This document shows, piece by piece, positions 54,770 to 64,000 of a DNA stretch of 64,000 nt. A program made the position numbers and the translations under genes. Below the pieces are notes generated by a model, which worked only from the letters and a program-made list of their open reading frames with translations, made no database searches and was not told where the DNA came from. The stretch's first letter is position 1, and each line of letters begins with the position of its first letter. Source of the stretch: Diplonema japonicum (lineage: Eukaryota; Protista; Euglenozoa: Diplonemea); NCBI GenBank assembly GCA_964019335.1, contig OZ025714.1, forward strand, positions 433,901 through 497,900, written 5' to 3'.

Positions 54770-56400
54770 TGCAGCTGCACAAATGTCTGGAAATGTTGTA
54801 TTTGGATGTAATACAACCCAGCTGTGGTGATCAATGCAGAACACAGAAGAAGCTACAACCTGGCCACAGTGAGAGATATATGAGTTAAAGGACCTGCACA
54901 AGACTACTTGATTACAGGGGGTACACCACAGCCGAGTTGTAGCTTCTTCTGCATTCTGTGTCGTGTCCTTAATGTGTGTGGTGTTCAGCTCAACCCCAGC
55001 CGGGGCATCCTGGGTAACCAAGATTTTGATTCTGCTTGTGCAGGATTGGGTCGTTCCATTCCCTTCCACCAAACTGAAAGTCGGAACTTGGCAGAACCAG
55101 AACTTGGTAGAACAGGGAATTCCTTACTTTTTTTTTTGTTTTAACAATATTATTGTCGAGACTAAAAACTAGTTGATGGCAGCGTAATGAGCTATTTTAT
55201 TAGGTAAAATTCTGCTCATGCGCACAAACAAATGGAGTGTCAAACTAGTTTTTTCCCCCCCCCCTTTTTTTTTCCTCTTTGCATCATCAAGGTCAAAAGT
55301 GGTGACTATATCACCACAACACTGACAGCACAATATTCCGTGTCGTGTCCTTAATGTGTGCAGTGTGCAGCTCAACACCAGCCATGGCCCTGGTAACCAA
55401 GATTCTGGGCCTGTGTAGTTTGCTGCCAGTTCATCACCCTGAGCATCTGCAATACATTCCTCCACTTGGGCACAATTGGTGATGACCAACATGGAGGTCA
55501 ACAGTGAACAACACATCTGATGTACTTCTTATATTTCCATATTTCTGTGATCCCCACCACCCAATAACATGAAAGCCCTGCATTGTGTCCTACCAAGATT
55601 CTGCACTCATGCAGTTTGCTGCCAATTCATCACCCTGAGCATCTGCATTATGTTCTCCACTTGGGTGCTACTACAGATTCTGCACTTGTGTGGTTTGCTG
55701 GGTGATGACCAACATGGAGGTCAACAGCGAACAACACATCTGATGTACTTCTTATATTTCCATGTTATCCCCACCACCTGAATGATATATGAGTTAAAAG
55801 AGGCTGGTGTTGGTGGTGCCCTGCACAAGAACTGTCTGCTTGATTACAGGGGTGCACTGCAACCAAGTTGTAGCTTCTTCTGCATTCTGTGTCATGTCTT
55901 TAATGTGTGTGGTGTAGTTTGCTGCCTGTTTGTCACCCTAAGCATCTGCATTATGTTCTTCCACTTGGGAGCTACCAGTGATGACCAATGAGGAGGTCAA
56001 CAGTGAACAACACATCTGATGTTTTTTCATGCTATCCCCACCACCTTTGGAATAATATACAAGAGTTAAAGGAGGCTGGTGTTGGCAGTGCCCTGCACAA
56101 GAACTGTCTACTTGATTACAGGGGGTGCACCACAGCTGGGTTGTAGCTTCTTCTGCGTTCTGCATCGTGTCCTTAATCACTGTGGCCGAGTTGTAGCTTC
56201 TTCTGTGCTCCGTGTCGTGTCCTTAATGTGCAGGGTTCAGCTCAACCCTAGCCGGGGTGCCCTGGGTAACCAAGATTCTGCACTCGTGTGGTTTGCTCGG
56301 TGATGACAGATGAGGAGGTCAACAGCAAACAACACATCTGATGTTTTTCTTATATTTTCATGTTGTCCCCACCACCTGAAAAAGAAGATAAAAGATTTTT
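54770..56400 (+). repeat. Scrambled, CpG-decayed copies of the repeat family
   Basis: Multiple reshuffled copies of GGAGGTCAACAGTGAACAACACATCTGATG and TTGTAGCTTCTTCTG blocks. Confidence 0.8.
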
Positions 56401-56544
56401 TTTTTCTTTTTCTTCGTTTCTCGTTGTTTTTGTTGTTGTTGTCGTCTCTCAGTACCTGTGTAACATCTTTTCTTGTAGACATCTGTTTATATGTTTGAAC
56501 TCTGCAGCAAAAAAAAGGGGGGGATGTGGTGTTGTGGTTGTATC

Positions 56545-56695
56545 TTGTCTGGTCCGGTTCAGTCCAGTCCAGTCCAGTCCAGTCTGGTCTGGTCTGGTCT
56601 GGTCCAGTCTGGTCCAGTCCAGTCTGGTCAGTCTGGCATAATTGGGTCGAAATTCATGCCAGATCCGGTCCAGTCTGGTCCAGTCTGGTCTAGTC
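56545..56695. repeat. (CCAGT/CTGGT)n pentamer microsatellite
   Basis: Visible directly in the sequence. Confidence 0.8.
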
Positions 56696-56699
56696 CTAA

Positions 56700-57085
56700 T
56701 TAGGATTCACCCATCACTGCCTGTGGCAAGATACACCCTTGGAGTGTATGGACCCACCCTGACAGCCAGAGACATTGCAACATTGGAAGTAGCACACAAC
56801 ACAGCAGCACACATTATAACAGGCTGCCTTCCTATGACACCTATCCAAGACCTCCTGAAAATAGCAAGGCTATGGCCAGTACAGGAGATGATAAAATACG
56901 AGACATCATCTATGTATGTAGTGATGGGGGCAGGAACAGCAAGAGGAACCTGGCTCTTTGAGGCAAGGAGCAGGGCAATTGAGGAGAACAAATTGAAGAA
57001 ATACAAAAGAGCACCTCTTCACCACTCGTCACCCTTTCCCCCATGGGAGCTGACATCACCATGTACACAGACAGATCTGTGGATT
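56700..57085 (+). mobile_element. Ingi-like retrotransposon relic (post-RT linker to RNase H start)
   Basis: LEVAHNTAAHIITGCLPMTPIQDLL and PFPPWE, then a frameshifted YTDRS (from YTDGS). Confidence 0.7.
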
Positions 57086-58094
57086 TTTTTTTTTTAAATA
57101 AACCTCTTTTTTTTTAGGCTGGCCAGACCATTCTCTCTTCTTTCTTTTTCCCTCCTCCCAGCCAGGGGGGTGTGGGGGTGGGTGGGGGAAAGGGAAAACA
57201 GAAATCAAAGAGTCAAAAAAAAGAAGAACACAAGCAAATCATAGCTTGCTCCAGTTTTTAACAGGTGCTTTCTCACCTTTTGGGGAGGGGGGGTGAGTAC
57301 TCATACCACAAAATTGTGGGTCCTTTATCTACAAGTATTTGCCAAAAAATAGAAGTGGGTTTTTTACCTCTCTCCTTTCCTTTTTTTTTCTTTCCCCTTT
57401 TCCTCATAAAACACTGATAAACACAAATGATAGAGGGAGGTAGGTGGGAGGGAGATGTTTTTTACACTTGTGAGGGGTTCCAATTAAAGGAGTGAGCAAC
57501 ACCTGGTCTGCCTTGGCAGTGCCTGTTGATGTTGGGTGGTACTCAAGCTTGGATCTGCAGTGTAGGGTTATTCCATACTTTGAGATCAACCCCTGTGTCA
57601 CTCTTGCATGTTTCTTTCTTTCCAGCAATAGACTGATACGGGCCATGGAAGCAACCTCTGCTTAATTCCTGGTACGTGGGAGGCTCCTCTTGAGGATGTC
57701 AGTCACCTTTTTCCCTTTATATTCGACTCTCTGTTTTTGTATGCAGTATTTATTCTTTTCCACCCCTTTTTATCTATTTCTCCACTTCTCTATTCTAACT
57801 TAAAATCATTTCAGCTACCCCTGTGTCACTCTTGCATGTTTCTTTTCCCTTTCGTCTGCTTCTCCTCCCTCTTTCCCCCTTGTCAATTCACTTTTTCACT
57901 ACTGCTCTCTTTGGCTTCCTTCTGTTAACTCTTCTCATCATTTAAAACCTACCCTCTCACCCTTTGTATTATTATTTTTGTTTACCATAGCTCACATTGG
58001 TTTCAACCAAAGCTTACTTACAGGAGGTGCCATGTGAAGGCTGTGAGTCGGGTTTTAACCTCCCTTTTTTTTGGCTCCCCCTGTTGGGATGTTC

Positions 58095-58232
58095 TGCTGT
58101 TCCACCATGTTCCACCAGTTCCACCAGTTTCACCATGTTCTGCCAGTTTTGCCATGTTCCACTGGTTCCACCAGTTCTGCCAGTTCCACCAGTTACATGT
58201 TCCACCAGTTCCACCATGTTCTGCCAGTTCCA
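58095..58232. repeat. 9-10-nt TTCCACCAG/TTCTGCCAG repeats
   Basis: Visible directly in the sequence. Confidence 0.7.
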
Positions 58233-58421
58233 CAATGTCCATTGCACACTGCATGCATTAAGGACACAATGCAGAACTTACCTCTTTTATTATTGGGTGG
58301 GGATGACACAGAAATATGGAAATATAAAGAAGTACATCAGATGTCTTGTTCACTGTTGACCTCCATGTCAGACCTTGCACTCTATTATTTAGTTTCCACC
58401 CTTTCCATTTTCTTCCCAATC

Positions 58422-58976
58422 TTTTTTTCTGAGGTAAAATATCACTATTCAGGTGTTTTTGACAATTTCTTTTGTGAGGAAAAAAATTCTTTGGGCACTT
58501 TTTTTTTTGACCCATGACCATCTCACTTTCACTATTAGCCTCATTAAGGTCTAGAATAGGTATTTTTGAGGGAATTTTTTTTTTTTTTTGAGAAAAAATC
58601 AATTTAAGGGTGTTTTTGGCCACTTTTTTTTGGGAGGAAAAGCAATTTTTTTGGACACTATTTTTTTTTTTTTTCCAGCACCCCATGCACCCAATAAAGT
58701 ACAGTAAAAAAAAGGGGGTCAATACAAAGAATGAGAAGGGTAAGTCATAAAGGAGAGAAAACCAACAGATAGACCATTACTAGGCCTGATATAGGCACCC
58801 TTATGGAAAAAAATCAATTTTTCTGAGGTAAAAACCACTTTTCAGGTGTTTTTGACCACTTGTTCATGTGAAAAATAGTTTTTTTTTTGGGCACCTTTTT
58901 TTTGACCCCCAAACATCTCACTTTCACCCCACTTCACTAAATGCCTCTATTGAGGCCTAGGATAGGTACTTTTGAG
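58422..58976. repeat. Diverged direct repeat of about 150 bp (58422-58570 and 58818-58976)
   Basis: Both copies read TTTTCTGAGGTAAAA..TTCAGGTGTTTTTGAC..CATCTCACTTTCAC..TAGGTA.TTTTGAG. Confidence 0.7.
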
Positions 58977-58988
58977 AAAAAAAAATTA

Positions 58989-59400
58989 GAGAACCGTTCA
59001 GCTGGAGGAGCTTGAGAGCTCAGAAGTGGTTTCAGAGCTTGAGGAGCTTGTGACAGCTGACCCTGAGCTGGTTCTGGTGGTGGAGGTGGGGAACTCGCCA
59101 GCTGTCGAAGTCTTGTCCATGAAGACGATGGTCCTTCCTTCCAGACTTCGGTTCCTCGTTGTCACCGACTCCATAGGCTGTGTTACAAGGATAGGCTCTT
59201 GGTTTCTTGAAGAGTGCGACCACCTGACGTCTGTTGATCTCATCCTCCCCAATGTTTCCACCATTGATGAAAATCTTTTATATGAGTGCAAAAAACTAGA
59301 AACCATCAACTTGAATGCGATGACCAATCTTTCTTCCATTGGTGATGGCTTCTTGTTTGGGTGCGAAAAACTAGAAACCATCGACTTGAATGCGATGACC
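58989..59400 (+). pseudogene. Truncated copy of the Ubl-LRR gene
   Basis: Near-identical to about 59981-60390. Lacks the ATG and Ubl domain and breaks off in LRR 2. Confidence 0.88.
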
Positions 59401-59717
59401 GGAACGCATCACTCGACTTCGCAAGACGCTCACAGCCTCGATTGGGATGAAAGCAATGCTCCAGAAGGGGAGTATTAACAGATAGACCCCCCCCTCCCAT
59501 AGGGCGGCCCTCTAGCGGGGGCTTGTCCTGTACTCTGAGTTTAATAAATAGTTATTCGTCACCTTTTTCTTAAGATGTTCGTTTCACAGTAGGTTTTTTT
59601 ATTTTCTGAGGTTCTTCTTCTTCATTTGACTCCTGCAGCCTTTGAGACAAAGCACACAGGGAAAATACATTAGAAAAAAAGAAAAAGAAAGAAAAAAAAA
59701 AACAATATTAAAACAAC

Positions 59718-62282
59718 ATGAATGGAAAGAGAGAGGGATCAGGTGAAGAGGTGAACGATATGACAGTGTTCGTGAAGACGGGAGGCGGGGTTCACGATGT
59801 GGAAGTGTCGGGGAAGGAGACGGTGGGGATCCTGTACAAGAAGGCGGGTTGTGCTGCTTGTTTACTCGAAGGCAAGTTCGAACTGGTTTGGGAGGGAGAG
59901 GTCCTGGACAGGAACGGGTGTGAAGATATCCAGGAACTCGGGCTCGTGGAGGGCAGCGTGGTCCATGTGGAGGCGAAGATGAGAACCGTTCAGCTGGAAG
60001 AGCTTGAGAGCTCAGAAGTGGTTTCAGAGCTTGAGGAGCTTGTGACAGCTGACCCTGAGCTGGTTCTGGTGGTGGAGGTGGGGAACTCGCCAGCTGTCGA
60101 AGTCTTGTCCATGAAGACGACGGTCCTTCCTTCTGGACTTCGGTTCCTCGTTGTCACCGACTCCATAGGCTGTGTTACAAGGATAGGCTCTGGGTTTCTT
60201 GAAGAGTGCGACCACCTGACGTCTGTTGATCTCATCCTCCCCAATGTTTCCACCATTGATGAAAATCTTTTATATGAGTGCAAAAAACTAGAAACCATCA
60301 ACTTGAATGCGATGACCAATCTTTCTTCCATTGGTAATCGCTTCTTGTTTAGGTGCGAAAAACTAGAAACCATCAACTTGAATGCGATGACCAATCTTTC
60401 TTCCATTGGTTATTGCTTCTTGTCTGGGTGCAAAAAACTAGAAACCATCAACTTGAATGCTATGACCAATCTTTCTTCCATTGGTGATTACTTCTTGTCT
60501 GGGTGCAAACAACTAGAAACCATCAACTTGAATGCGATGACCAATCTTTCTTCTATTGGTGATTACTTCTTGTATGGGTGCGTTAAACTAGAAACCATCA
60601 ACTTGAATGCGATGACCAATCTTTCTTCCATTGGTTATTGCTTCTTGTCTGGGTGCAAAAAACTAGAAGCCATCAACTTGAATGCTATGACCAATCTTTC
60701 TTCTATTGGTGATTACTTCTTGTCTGGGTGCGAAAAACTAGAAACCATCGACTTGAATGCGATGACCAATCTTTCTTCTATTGGTGATTACTTCTTGTCT
60801 GGGTGCAAAAAACTAGAAACCATCAACTTGAATGCTATGACCAATCTTTCTTCCATTGGTGATTACTTCTTGTCTGGGTGCAAAAAACTAGAAGCCATCA
60901 ACTTGAATGCTATGACCAATCTTTCTTCTATTGGTGATTACTTCTTGTCTGGGTGCAAAAAACTAGAAACCATCAACTTGAATGCGATGACCAATCTTTC
61001 TTCTATTGGTGATTACTTCTTGTCTGGGTGCGAAAAACTAGAAACCATCGACTTGAATGCGATGACCAATCTTTCTTCTATTGGTGATTACTTCTTGTCT
61101 GGGTGCAAAAAACTAGAAACCATCAACTTGGATGCGATGACCAATCTTTCTTCCATTGGTAATGGCTTCTTGGAAGCGTGCGTAAAACTAGAAGCCATCA
61201 ACTTGAATGCGATGACCAATCTTTCTTCTATTGGTGATTACTTCTTGTCTGGGTGCGAAAAACTAGAAACTATCGACTTGAATGCGATGACCAATCTTTC
61301 TTCTATTAGTCATTGCTTCTTGTATGGGTGCGAAAAACTAGAAACCATCGACTTGAATGCGATGACCAATCTTTCTTCTATTGGTGATAGCTTCTTGGAA
61401 GGGTGCAAAAAACTAGAAACCATCAACTTGAATGCGATGACCAATCTTTCTTCTATTGGTGATTACTTCTTGTGTGAGTTCGTAAAACTAGAAACCATCA
61501 ACTTGAATGCGATGACCAATCTTTCTTCTATTGGTCGTTACTTCTTGTTTGGGTGCAGAAAACTAGAAACCATCAACTTGAATGCGATGACCAATCTTTC
61601 TTCCATTGGTAATGGCTTCTTGGAAGCGTGCGTAAAACTAGAAGCCATCAACTTGAATGCGATGACCAATCTTTCTTCTATTGGTGATTACTTCTTGTCT
61701 GGGTGCGAAAAACTAGAAACCATCGACTTGAATGCGATGACCAATCTTTCTTCTATTGGTCATTGCTTCTTGTATGGGTGCGTAAAACTAGAAACCATCG
61801 ACTTGAATGCGATGACTAATCTTTCTTCCATTGGTGATGACTTCTTGGAAGGGTGCGAAAAACTAGAAACCATCGACTTGAATGCGATGACCAATCTTTC
61901 TTCTATTGGTGATAGCTTCTTGGAAGGGTGCAAAAAACTAGAAACCATCAACTTGAATGCGATGACCAATCTTTCTTCCATTGGTGATGGCTTCTTGTTT
62001 GGGTGCGAAAAACTAGAAACCATCGACTTGAATGCGATGACCAATCTTTCTTCTACTGGTGATAGCTTCTTGGAAGGGTGCAAAAAGCTAGAAACCATCA
62101 ACTTGAATGCGATGACCAATCTTTCTTCCATTGGTGATCGCTTCTTGTTTGGGTGCGAAAAACTAGAAACCATCGACTTGAATACGTTGACCAATCTTTC
62201 TTCCATTGGTGATGGCTTCTTGGAGGGGTGCGTAAAACTAGAATCTGTCGACTTGAATTTAAAAAGAAAAGTCGGTGTTTAG
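59718..62282 (+). CDS. Ubiquitin-like domain plus 26 BspA/TpLRR-like leucine-rich repeats (25 aa each)
   Basis: MTVFVKT..VEVSGKETVGILYKK..LVWEGEVL..IQELGLVEGSVVHV fits a beta-grasp pattern. 26 x LETINLNAMTNLSSIGxxFLxxCxK. No signal peptide or TM. Confidence 0.85.
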   Translation: MNGKREGSGEEVNDMTVFVKTGGGVHDVEVSGKETVGILYKKAGCAACLLEGKFELVWEGEVLDRNGCEDIQELGLVEGSVVHVEAKMRTVQLEELESSEVVSELEELVTADPELVLVVEVGNSPAVEVLSMKTTVLPSGLRFLVVTDSIGCVTRIGSGFLEECDHLTSVDLILPNVSTIDENLLYECKKLETINLNAMTNLSSIGNRFLFRCEKLETINLNAMTNLSSIGYCFLSGCKKLETINLNAMTNLSSIGDYFLSGCKQLETINLNAMTNLSSIGDYFLYGCVKLETINLNAMTNLSSIGYCFLSGCKKLEAINLNAMTNLSSIGDYFLSGCEKLETIDLNAMTNLSSIGDYFLSGCKKLETINLNAMTNLSSIGDYFLSGCKKLEAINLNAMTNLSSIGDYFLSGCKKLETINLNAMTNLSSIGDYFLSGCEKLETIDLNAMTNLSSIGDYFLSGCKKLETINLDAMTNLSSIGNGFLEACVKLEAINLNAMTNLSSIGDYFLSGCEKLETIDLNAMTNLSSISHCFLYGCEKLETIDLNAMTNLSSIGDSFLEGCKKLETINLNAMTNLSSIGDYFLCEFVKLETINLNAMTNLSSIGRYFLFGCRKLETINLNAMTNLSSIGNGFLEACVKLEAINLNAMTNLSSIGDYFLSGCEKLETIDLNAMTNLSSIGHCFLYGCVKLETIDLNAMTNLSSIGDDFLEGCEKLETIDLNAMTNLSSIGDSFLEGCKKLETINLNAMTNLSSIGDGFLFGCEKLETIDLNAMTNLSSTGDSFLEGCKKLETINLNAMTNLSSIGDRFLFGCEKLETIDLNTLTNLSSIGDGFLEGCVKLESVDLNLKRKVGV

Positions 62283-62753
62283 AAGAGGAAGAAAAAAAGA
62301 GGAAAAAAAAAGAAGAAAAAAAAGCACCCTAGCGCTGCGAAACATCTTTGTGGAAAAACCAACGGAAAGCAATCCAATACCTCGAAGACACCGGGGACCC
62401 CCTCCGCAACAACTCCACAACAACCATCTAACCTGCTGAAGTAGCATGCCGATCAAAAGGCGGCTGAGGCACTTGTCATTTAATCAGAATCCCGAGATCC
62501 CATCCCTGATCCCCAAATAGAGAGTGTACCATCCTGTTTCTCGCAGAAACAGAGAACCTACCCCCTCCCCACCACAGCACCCGACCAATCAGATGCAGCA
62601 GTGTGAAAAAAAAAAAGCCCCTCTCCCCAAACAAAACAAACAAACAAACATTTCCCCACCCCCGATAACGTATAATTAAGAATAAAAATTATGGGGGGGA
62701 AGGATACTGAGGTATGGCACCAGCGGATGAGGATGCGGGAAAGGGGGTTGCAC

Positions 62754-63029
62754 TGCTTTCCCTGCCAAAGCTAGTCGAGGGTGCACACCTTGCGACATAT
62801 GGGGCCCGACGGCACATGGTGACGACAGGAGACCACTTTTCTCCTCGAGCCAAACAGCCCCTTACCTTGCATGACTCCATGTAATGTTCCTCGCCCAGAT
62901 GCCGTCCATCTCATCACGACAAACAGCCACCGCAGGCACCAGACAGCAACCGCAGTACGGTGACCGATTAGTGTGGATTTCTACTTGAACAGTGAACACT
63001 CCCCTATGTGCACTGAAGCTTTATCGATT
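62754..63029 (+). mobile_element. 3'-end fragment of the same retroelement as 8575-9960
   Basis: CAGATGCCGTCCATCTCATC.CGACAAACAGCCACCGCAGGCACCAGACAGCAACCGCAG matches the reverse complement of about 8650-8710; similarity spans about 8575-8855. Confidence 0.85.
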
Positions 63030-63584
63030 TTTTTAATTTTTTTTATTTGCTTCCAAGCTTTCTCTTGAAACTTTTGATTGTTACCTCAAGTTAGTTACCG
63101 TTCTTGCTGAGCGCCGTTTGGCTTTGTCACCTTGATGTTAAAAGATCGACCTTTTTTTTTCTTCTTCTTTTTTTATTTTTTATTTTCTTCTGATGACCGT
63201 GGTGGTCGAGCTTTCTTTACCTCTCCACTTTCGGGGCGAAGTTTAACAAGGGTTACCGCTGTGTCACATTCCGCATGGCACCACTAAAATCGAGTCCCCC
63301 CTCCCCCTTCTTCTTCTTCTTCTTCTTCCTTTTTTTCCTTTTTTTTTCCAGTGTGTCTTCTCTTTTTGTTGTTCTTCTTTCACAAGCATTATTATTGTGC
63401 GCCTGTGGTGTGGGTTTACCTTCAACACGAATACAGGGGGGGGGGGGGGGGGGGTAAAGAAGAAGAAAAAAAATGGCGCCGGTGGGAGCATCAACGCCAA
63501 CACAGTGCAAGTACCTGCCGATTTGGCATCAGAGGATAATGGAATCGTCGGAGCTAAGCCGGGAGAACAAAATGCTCAAATTTT

Positions 63585-64000
63585 CCCGCAAACCCGCAAA
63601 CCCGCAAACCCGCAAACCCGCAAACCCGCAAACCCGCAAACCCGCAAACCCGCAAACCCGCAAACCCGCAAACCCGCAAACCCGCAAACCCGCAAACCCG
63701 CAAACCCGCAAACCCGCAAACCCGCAAACCCGCAAACCCGCAAACCCGCAAACCCGCAAACCCGCAAACCCGCAAACCCGCAAACCCGCAAACCCGCAAA
63801 CCCGCAAACCCGCAAACCCGCAAACCCGCAAACCCGCAAACCCGCAAACCCGCAAACCCGCAAACCCGCAAACCCGCAAACCCGCAAACCCGCAAACCCG
63901 CAAACCCGCAAACCCGCAAACCCGCAAACCCGCAAACCGCAAACCCGCAAACCCGCAAACCCGCAAACCCGCAAACCCGCAAACCCGCAACCCGCAAACC
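63585..64000. repeat. (CCCGCAAA)n / (TTTGCGGG)n telomere-like octamer array, about 52 units, runs off the window
   Basis: Near-perfect tandem array with two 1-nt deletions near the end. Confidence 0.95.

Noticed and set aside
60287-62260. Diversity-generating retroelement explanation for the NNT/NNC codons
   Set aside because: Many adenines in the repeat are invariant, some non-A sites change, and no DGR-type RT or template repeat is visible. Selection plus conversion is simpler.
63529-63997. ORFs of (RVCGFAGL)n
   Set aside because: Translation artefacts of the octamer array.

Overview
Eukaryotic protist DNA, most likely a euglenozoan and probably a diplonemid (inference from gene architecture, not a database match). 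Bases 1-47.3 kb hold about 25 genes, all on the minus strand and often only 30-100 nt apart. Most have a YAG acceptor just upstream of the ATG, and several have tiny (about 32-46 nt) GTATG..YAG introns. They include a PERK-like eIF2-alpha kinase, TTC14-like, SCC2/NIPBL, a subtilisin, a CLK-like kinase, a FAM20-like kinase, TRM5, ABCC, clathrin light chain, UTP5/WDR43, an Nramp-like transporter, GH3, and a PIWI/Argonaute with a substituted catalytic tetrad and a KGG rather than RGG N-terminus. Bases 47.3-59.7 kb are a gene-free repeat field: tandem hAT-like TIR elements, a nested foldback insertion, a captured LSU rDNA fragment and Ingi-like retroelement relics. This field shows strong CpG->TpG/CpA decay. 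It is followed by the only plus-strand gene, a ubiquitin-like domain fused to 26 near-identical 25-aa LRRs that vary at a few fixed codons, with a truncated repeat-collapsed copy just upstream. The window ends in a (CCCGCAAA)n array that looks telomeric but has the wrong polarity for a right-hand chromosome end. The best candidate for an undescribed system is the hypervariable Ubl-LRR locus in CpG-decayed repeat DNA; the slicer-dead PIWI on the other side of the repeat field is a second lead.
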